Position numbers and translations under genes: made by a program | IMG/VR virus record: IMGVR_UViG_3300035670_000022 | Span: 32,001-96,000 of that record | Origin: a virus | DNA: 64,000 nt | Reading direction: 5' to 3' (one strand) | Notes under the pieces: generated by a model | Told to the model about the DNA's origin: nothing | The model's input: the letters and a program-made list of their open reading frames with translations, nothing else | Databases searched by the model: none | In this document: piece after piece, positions 46,401-55,400 of the stretch | How the letters are laid out: each line of letters begins with the position of its first letter | Position numbering within the stretch: the stretch's first letter is position 1

Positions 46401-49400
46401 CAATCAAATCACCATCGCCTACCTCGTATTTCTCTCCGTCTATTTGGAAGATACCGCTCTGGCCGAAGCTGAAAGACACAATAGGAGCATCTACTTCTTC
46501 GTCTTTATCGACGTGAAGGTTCAGCTTCTGTGCGCCTGCATATCGATTAATTAGACAGGTTTGAGCCTCGTACCCATCAAAGATGTCCAGTTGGGCGACT
46601 ATCTTTTCAGCAGTCTCTTTTAGAATGTTAGGCATCTCAACCACAGGCGAACCAGACGGCTGAGTGTTAAGGTATCGACCTTTACCTTTATTCCATACCC
46701 AGAATTGCTGACCAGCACAGGTATAACTGTAGCTCTTGGCTGTAAAGCGCGTCTTCTCACCATCTTCAAAGGTCTCTTCAATGGCTGCTCGTAGCTCATC
46801 ATAGATTCCCTCGTCTTGGCAATAGGATTGCTGAATGTACAGCCCGTCTTCGGTGTATACCGTCAACTCTTCTTTGTCGGACTCGGTGCGAAGCGCGTCT
46901 CGAACTTTCATAAGAAGGACGCCTTGCATGTTCTTACCTTGACGTTTCTTATTCACGCCCCAGAACGTGTCCCAGGGAGAGAGGTGTACAAGGTCGATAT
47001 CTTCTGTTTCTAACAGTTGAGTACGAGCAGGCTCATGGCTGAATTTGCCAAGCAGGACCTCGTACATTACATCGACTTTTACTTGTTCCCAGTCTTTTCG
47101 TAGCCTTACTTTTGCACCTTTAGCCTTTGCCTGTTTACCGTTCATAGCCGCGAACTCTTTAATAAGAGCGTGGCTCGGGTTGAGCACTTTGGCACACTGA
47201 TAGGCTCCCTCTGCTGTTGCATACTCTACGCCTTTGTATGTACAGGGTGCCCCCAGGAAGTTACTAAACTCTTTATACGTAGGCGTATAGGAGTTAAATA
47301 AGATGCAGTCGCCTTCCCAAGTGTCTTTATCTGCCGGATGCTCTTGTTGGGCTTCTACTTCCTGTTGTGCTTTAAGCATAGCCACGTTGATCACAGTGGT
47401 GTTCTTAACACGTTTGATGTTCTTCTTGCTACCAGGAGAAACGCCGTCCCAGATGACGAGACTCTCATCACAGTTACGATGCATCTTTTCATCCCGAGCA
47501 GTGAAGTCACCGTAGACAGCATAGGTTTCAAAGTCACCTACATTGTTGCGGCATCCTTTGCGGGAAGAGTACCAAACGCGCACGTTGGTGACACCTTGCT
47601 CAAAGAGATAGCTTTGTACAAGCATGTCTACACCAGCAGCATCACCAACGTTGAAGTTAAAGCCCTGATCGATATAGCTGTCGATCACATCTAAGGCTTC
47701 TTCAGGTAGACGTTTGATAGAACGGCTGCCAGAGATCACCACTTGGGTGTGATTTACCTCTAACTCTTCCGTAGACGTATCCTCTTCAGTGTCAGAAGAG
47801 TCAACAGATTCACCGCCGTCTCCATCGTCGTTAGGCTCATCGTCGGTCGGCTCTACACCGCCGTCAGAGTCATCTTCATCAGAGTCGTCTTCTTCTTCTT
47901 CGGTAATACCATCGTTAAAGTTATGGATCACAGAGAAGAAGTTGTCTTTACTCTCTTCGACAGAGTGGATCTCTTTCAAGAAGAAGTTTAGGTCGGCATC
48001 AGACCACTCGAGAGTGCTGATTTGAGTGTAGTCGTACATCTCTTTACCGAGAACTTCGTCTAGCTGAGAGAGAGACATTAGCGGAACGTTGGTTTGAAGC
48101 ACTTTAGCCCCTGTGGGGTGAGACTTAAGTGCGTTTAGCCACGCTATACTTTCTTGATAGATGACAGTATCCCCAAAGTAGAAGTTACCGCGGCCACCTT
48201 GGAAGATCGTATAAAGCAAGTAGGAAATCCCGTAGGTGGGGGTCTCTTTACCTCGCTTAACTACGTAATAGTCTTGCAGGAGGTGCATAGCAATTGTTAC
48301 CTCTTCCGCTAATTCGCAGTTAGCGCCGAGTTCAGCCAACGTTTCTTCTACTTTGTCCTCTAGGGCACGCTCTAAACGCATTTCTCCCAGCAGGGTTTCT
48401 AGAACTGTGCAGTTAGCAACAGCAACCTCATCGGTAACATTGCATTCTCGCAGGTTCAGAACCATGAGGTCGATCGTCTTGGTGCGAGGCATATCCAGAC
48501 GGGTGCTACGTAGACGATCATAGGCTTCTGCTACATCAAAGCGAATAAACTCGTCATCCCAGTTGGATAGGATTCCATGTAGCTCTTGAGTAACTTCAGC
48601 ATTGGCAAAGTCTTTAATCTTAACGGACTGTTTGCTGCAGCCGTCGTAGATAGATTTACCAAACATGATCGGCTTTAAGAATCGTTCCCAGAGAGATACA
48701 CCGCCGGGGCTGAATCCGCCGAGCATAATCTCGTACACTTCTGCCAAGACCAGCATGAGTTTGTTGATCTGAGTTTGACGATACTTGTCTAGCTCTAAAG
48801 GCACGAATGCACTTAGACCTTCAACACCGTCTTCACCAAACAAGTCCAACTTATCTAACTCGCCGATGATGCTAACCGCAAGCATACCGAGCATGTATGC
48901 AGCGTACATAACACCAACACCGACGTGCTGAATGCTGTATGCCAGGAAGTTGTATTTGACTAGATCTGAGCTGTTGATCATAGCCTTCTCTGGCAGTGCT
49001 TCTGCTAACTTGTTGATAACTACAGATGCATCTTTGTAAGACTTGATGGTGTAGTGGTCAGCAGCGTAATCCCCGCATGTGGGAGAGAACATGTCCATAC
49101 CTATAGCAGCGGAGCGCAGTTCACGAACCTTTTCATAGGTGGTGATGTGCTTAAGGCTCAGGTGCTTACAGTGAGTGATAAAGTGGTTATCACCATCATC
49201 GTCACCACCGTCTAGGTTGACAGACATAGCACTGACGCCGAATTGTACGGGGCTAATCTCGTACGCAAGAAGAGTATTGTCTTGAACCTCATCAGCAAAA
49301 GGTACACGTCGTTGTCCAAGATAGACCTCGACAGTTTCTTTACCGGTTTCGGTCTCGACTTCAACTTTCTCCCATACCTCTTCGATTAAACGAACCCGTT

Positions 49401-52400
49401 CAATCGGACCCATAGGCATAGGCGCACGGTTACCGCACGTAATTACACCTTCGGCTACAGACTGGCGGTCTAGAGGAATACCGCTACGTAGACACTCTTG
49501 ATATGGAGAGGAGACGACGTTGGTTTCTAGAATCCAGACTTCTCCTACAGGAATAGCAGGGTGACCGATACGCTTCGCACCGACTGCTTTATCGCCAGAG
49601 AAATACTTGCGGGAGTTCTTAGATGTAGCTAGAGAGTTAAGCACACCGCCGACCTGGTTAAGGGCGATCTGTTGCTTTTCGCTACCACCATTGATACACG
49701 GGATAAGTATTTCGAAGAAGAACATGGAGACGAAGTCCAAGTTATCATCGCTCTTGCGAGTCAGCTTAGAAAAAGCCAGCATGGCAGGGAGCCACATGGA
49801 CACTTTACCTTCTCCGGTTTCAAAGACGAAGACCATATCCTGAGTTGCTTCGGCAACCAGGCGGAAGAGGTTGTCTTGATGCGGATCAATCTGTCCAGGC
49901 TCAATACCGACTTTGCGTAGACGCTCATCCATAAGATCCTGACACTCGTTGCTGGTGTCATCTCCACCAAAGCAGATGCCTTCTTCATCAACGATGATGG
50001 ACACTACTTTGAGATTAGGATTAATGGTATTCCCAGCATTGAACGCGGCTAGCGCTTTAGCACGGTACAGCGCTTCTTTACCGCAGGACACCATACGACG
50101 CTGCTCAGCCAATACATCTTCGTCGTCCCCAGCTACAATGCTCAAGGACATGATATAAGGCAACAACTGAACGGAGGTCGTTACGGCTTCTGCTACCGTA
50201 GAAGACTCGAATAGCTCTACGTTGTAGAGTTGAGCTTCAGGTACGGAGAGGTACATTACGCCACGTTGTGCGACTTCTACCACTTTTCCGTCTTTAAGAA
50301 CAAAGGCGAGAATGTTGCTTTCCCACTCAATTTCTTTCTGCTCAGAGACTACGTAGAGGTTATCTCCTAAGTTGGCTAATTCAGGTAGGTACTCTAAATA
50401 GTTCTCTACGTGATACCACGCTGCCTTCCGTGCTTTTTCGTTCTCTTCGGTGTCAGGAAGTAATCCGGCGGCTACTTTCTCTTGGTAGAGGTCATACATA
50501 ACACGACCCATACCTTCAGCCTGTATCCAGTGAAGCCAGCGGGCTTGACCGAAGATGCTGTCGAAGTACTTATACATCTCATCATAGATACCAGCAGCAA
50601 CAGCAGCGGGCTCGATGATAAGCACGGGTTTGCCGTCGACCAGATTCTCGTGTCCTACCAACTGACGGTTGATGTCAGAGATATATTCACGAAGGGTCTT
50701 AACCACGTCTGTTTCTACTTCGTTGTAGAACGCAGTGTTGGCAATTATGAAGCACATCGCATAGCCCAAGTCGAGCTTAAGGCTATCTTGCAGGTGTAGT
50801 CCGTGTACAGTGATCTCGTCCGAGTTAAGGTCAGAGTTTAGATCATTGAACAAGATAGCAGGCGTAGCCGTAAAGAACTGCGACTTGTTAACACTACGAG
50901 ACTTCATATCAAACTCGCGGCGTTTGATGAAGTACTCGATGCTGAGATACTCAGTGCTGTTATCCATACCGACAACAACGCGCCAGCGGAAGTAGGTTAA
51001 CTGACCCTCTACACGGTGTTGATGGTAGATGGGAATCGTTCCGTGTACGCCGAAGAGGATCTCTTTACCTGTTCCGTTAACGAGCACCTCATCTTGCGGA
51101 GTGACATACATCCAGCCGTCTTCGCTCTCTACACTGTCCCAGGTGTTTTCGATCACACCGGTAACATTAGTTTGAGTAAAGTCGAACGGAGAACCGTCTA
51201 CTATATCAAACGTGTTACGGACAATTAGAATGCGTTGATCCGGGTTTGCTTCCGGTTTGTCTTTCTGTTCACCCAAGAACGCGGACATACCAGGCAGGTT
51301 AACGTGGCTCGGCGCATAGGCAGTCTTATCTAACCAGCCGTAGGTGGCATACTTCTGGTCGATAAGTTTAGCCGCAGAAGGCTGCTCGTCTTTGACGCTC
51401 TCAGCTTGAGCCATCCACAAAGACACCCGCTTCAGGAGTTTCTTCGCCTTCAACGAGTTGACGATTACTTTTCCTGCTTCGATTTCGCAGCCAAAGTTGC
51501 TGACGATCTTAGCGAACAGGTTCGGTGCATGCTTGCTGACCAAGTCTAGATTGACGTGACCCAAGGCACCAGCAACAAACTGTCCTTTGGTGTGGTGGAA
51601 GTCTAACCCATACTGCTCATGGGCCATTTCCATCACAATGTCCATCACTTCAGCAATTTCGATAGAGTCATCAAAGACAGCTGCAGTTTCGATCATTTGA
51701 AACTCTTCGTCTATGTCTGCCTCTACACCGCTGTAGCGTTCAGGTAGGACTTTAGCAGCCTTACCCTCTAGAGCAACCCACTTCCCATTACTGTTCAGCG
51801 GTGTGCGCTCTTTGAACATCACGGTGGAGAAGGTGTTGATGAGCAAGTGGTGTGCAGCACCGTTTTGGTCTAACACTCGGTCCGTAGTCATCTTAAAGAT
51901 GTTGCCCATCTTTTGCAGACATGACTTCACATTCTCTAATGTGGTAGAGAAAATGCCGGCGCTGCCAGACCAGTTAGAGAGGATAGGCAAGTACACGAGC
52001 CAGATGAAGTACATAAACATACTCAGGCTGGTGACTAACTTGATTTCTACCTCGTAGGGGCTGCCCTTAGGATCGGCTTTCTTCTCTTCTTTTGTCTTTT
52101 TACGTCCGTTGACAACAAGACAGCTATTGAAAGCACGACCACGCCAGTCATAGACAGTACCGTCGTCATCGAAGTAGAAAGCAGCAGCGCCGTCTATCTT
52201 AAGCGCTTTCATGCCATCTATCTCTACGAAGTCCAAGACTCCTTTGATATCGACAGCCTTACGGTTACGGCTCCGCTTTGTCTTCTTACCAGCGACTTCC
52301 ATCATGTCTTGAATGATGGTGATAACACCTTCAATCTCAGACAGTTGCCAGTCGTAGTCTAAGATTGGCATGTCGATGGTTGAGCAGGCATACTTGTCCC

Positions 52401-55400
52401 GCTCAGAGCAGAACCCACGTAAGTAGTAGGCTACTGCGTAAGCAGCTTTTTGAGCAGCACTACATTTCGTAGGGGGCTCTTGTCCCCGGAACAGCTCTTC
52501 AAAGACTGCCGTTTCGTTCAGCATCATGTCGTTTACGACTTCTTCTACTGTATAGAAGTCCTCGCTACGATTTCCGCTGGTCGGGTGATTTAACGCCTCG
52601 TACAGACTTTGTAGCTCTTCAGCGTAACCAGCTAGAACTTTGGGTTCTGCTTTAGCCGCAGGAGGTGTCGGAGGAGTAGAAGTGACAGGAGGAGTAGCGG
52701 GCGGAGCAGCTATTTTAGAAGGAGTAGAAGTAGCTACTTTAGAAGGAGTAGACTTTGTCACTTCCGCTTTAGACTTCACGCGACGACGACCACTCTTAGG
52801 TAGAGAAGTAGTAGTCTTAGCAGAGCGCTCTAAGAACGTGAAGTAGTTGTTATCGCTCCGGGGAGTTTCGAAGTCGATTAACTCTTCTACTACATCGCAC
52901 GGAACGAAGTAGGCTTCAATCCGGTCGCAGTACGGACGGTATTGTCCTTGACTGAGAACACCGTTCTCGTCTGGACGACGATTATCCGTCAGAATATCTA
53001 CTCGTCCGACGAGAAGCAAATAGTATTGCTCCACTTCTAACCCAGGGATGCCTCCATGTTCGCTCTGCAGGTTATCTAACGAGTTGTGGACAACGATCGT
53101 TTGCCCATGTTTTTCTAGAGCGGAAACAAACCGTGTATTTCCTGTGTACACGGCTTTACGGATGATGTTCCGAACGGAAGAAGCGGTAGCGCCTGCTTCC
53201 GCACGACCTGCGACTTTGTCTTTAAGGTCGTGCTCGTTATTAACCAACGACTCGAAGTTCATATGGTGCGACACCTTGTCGTTAAACACCACATTTTCGA
53301 TGTTGGTGTAGGCAGCATCGCGGAACTGCCAACTTGCCTTCTTGGCGTTGGCGATCGGAGCATACAAACGAGCCGGGGTCGCTCCGATAGTAGAAGCAGT
53401 CCAACCTTCTTTAGCTTCTTGTTTGTAGTCGAAGCCTAAGAAGTTGCTGATGGGCAGCACCCGATGTTTGCTGTCGTCCGCCGCAGCATATAACTCGGCA
53501 TAGTGCGGTTTTGCTTTCGGCACAGGGTTAAAGTGTGCGTTAGCGTTACACCGCTGCTCTCCGTAGCGACAGAGGACTACATAGAGAGGATCGCTCTCTT
53601 GAATGGGAGCTGCGTCTACGTGCATTAATGTGAACGCAGGGATGCAACCCATCTCTTCAGGAGACTTAGTAAAGTGCATAGGAGCACCTACTTTTATCTC
53701 CATGTTTTTGTTTGCGCTATTACTGGTGCGACGCTTCATTGTTTGCTCCTTATTAATGGTAGCCAGTCCTATTTCTAGGGGTGTTACGCCTAGTTCGCTG
53801 ACAATGTCAGACCATTTAGATCCGTTTGTCAGCAAGGACCGAATGTTGCTTGCTGTCTCAGCGTCTACCAAGTCAGCTGGGTCAAAATGACCAGCACGGT
53901 AGACCTCCAGCAAATAGCTGGCGACAGTATCATCCTTGGTCTCACTCTTCGCCTCCTTACGGTAGGTAGATGCCAAGTCTGCTAGCATGTCCTCTAGCTT
54001 TTCTTCTGTTTTCAAGACACGTGTCCAGATGTCAATCACGATCTTGTGACGATGACTTAGCTGATTTTGTTCAGCTTTTGGTTTTTCTGTCTTTTTACTC
54101 TTCTCTGTTTTTGCTACAGGCTGTTTGTTAGGCACCCCGTAGTTGAGAGCCACTTCTAGGGAAGTAACTCCCAATTCCGTCTCTAGGTCTTTATAGGCCA
54201 CTCCTTCTGCCTTCAGATCTTGAATCTGCTCGTGTATCTCTGTAGATACATAGGCAGAGCAGTCTACCAACCCAGCGTCGTATGCTTTCTTTAGATACCC
54301 GACGATGGTTGAGTATGCCGCCTCACTTTTGTTAATTGCTCGGTAGCGTCGGACTAAGGAGTCCAACTTCTGCTGCAGATCGACGTTTTTAGCGTCTATC
54401 TTCTCCCACAGTTCAGCTATCTGCTGAATTGATGATGGAGTTTTCTGTGCGGACGTGGTCGGAGTTCCTCGTTTTTTGGCATACTTACTCATTGGACGCG
54501 GAGTTTTGCTCCGCTTGAAGACCATAGTTGCCTCCGGTACACCCTCTGCCGATGCAGCACATCGTGCCTCGGCGAGAGCCATAAACTCGGCCGGTACGGC
54601 CACGGGTTCAGATTCTGAACCGTTCAGAATCTCAGCCATGATGGCTGTCCCTGCGGCGTAGGCGGCTTCTGCCTTTTGTTCTTCCGTCTTATTGGCTAGG
54701 TAGACGGTTTTGTCTACCTTTTTGATGTTGCCAATCATCTTCCGACCTTCCGCCGCCCGGCGACGGTTTTGGATAGCGAGAGGCAACTCCGCCTCCTCTT
54801 GGGCGCGAAGGGCCCGTTGGCGACGGACTACAGAAGCCGGGATGGGGGCCTCGGTGCCGTTCGCCAACCAAATGGCGTTGTTACCTGCACGGAGGGCAGC
54901 GGACTTAGCGGCTTTGGTGATGACCGCATACTTAGCCGCCCGCTCGGATGCAATGTAAGCAGCCAGGAGTTTAGCCTCCGCCCGACGTTGGGCTTTGGCT
55001 AGTTGCTTCTCATACCCGGACTTAGTCTGGGGTTTGAGGTTACGGCGTTGTACCGCTTTGTTGCGACGTTGACGTTTAACCCGCTGGGTGCGGGCAATTG
55101 ATTGATTCACAGTCATTGATTTACGGACACGACGACGTGCCCGGGTAGAGGTGGTACCAACAGTGGTAGCGATGTCGGCAATGACATCAGCTACGGCGAC
55201 CATTACGGTCACGTTGGCATAGGCAAAAGTGCCCACACCGCCTGCACGTTTTTGTGCAGTGCCTTTGCGGGGGGCAGTGAGACGGAGAACCGCGTCCAAG
55301 GTGAATGCGGCACGGTTAGCCGTGCGGCGCTCAGTGTAGTGAGCAGAGATGACATCAGAGATGTCATTGGCTACGGCACCAGCGAATGCCATAGTAGCAG

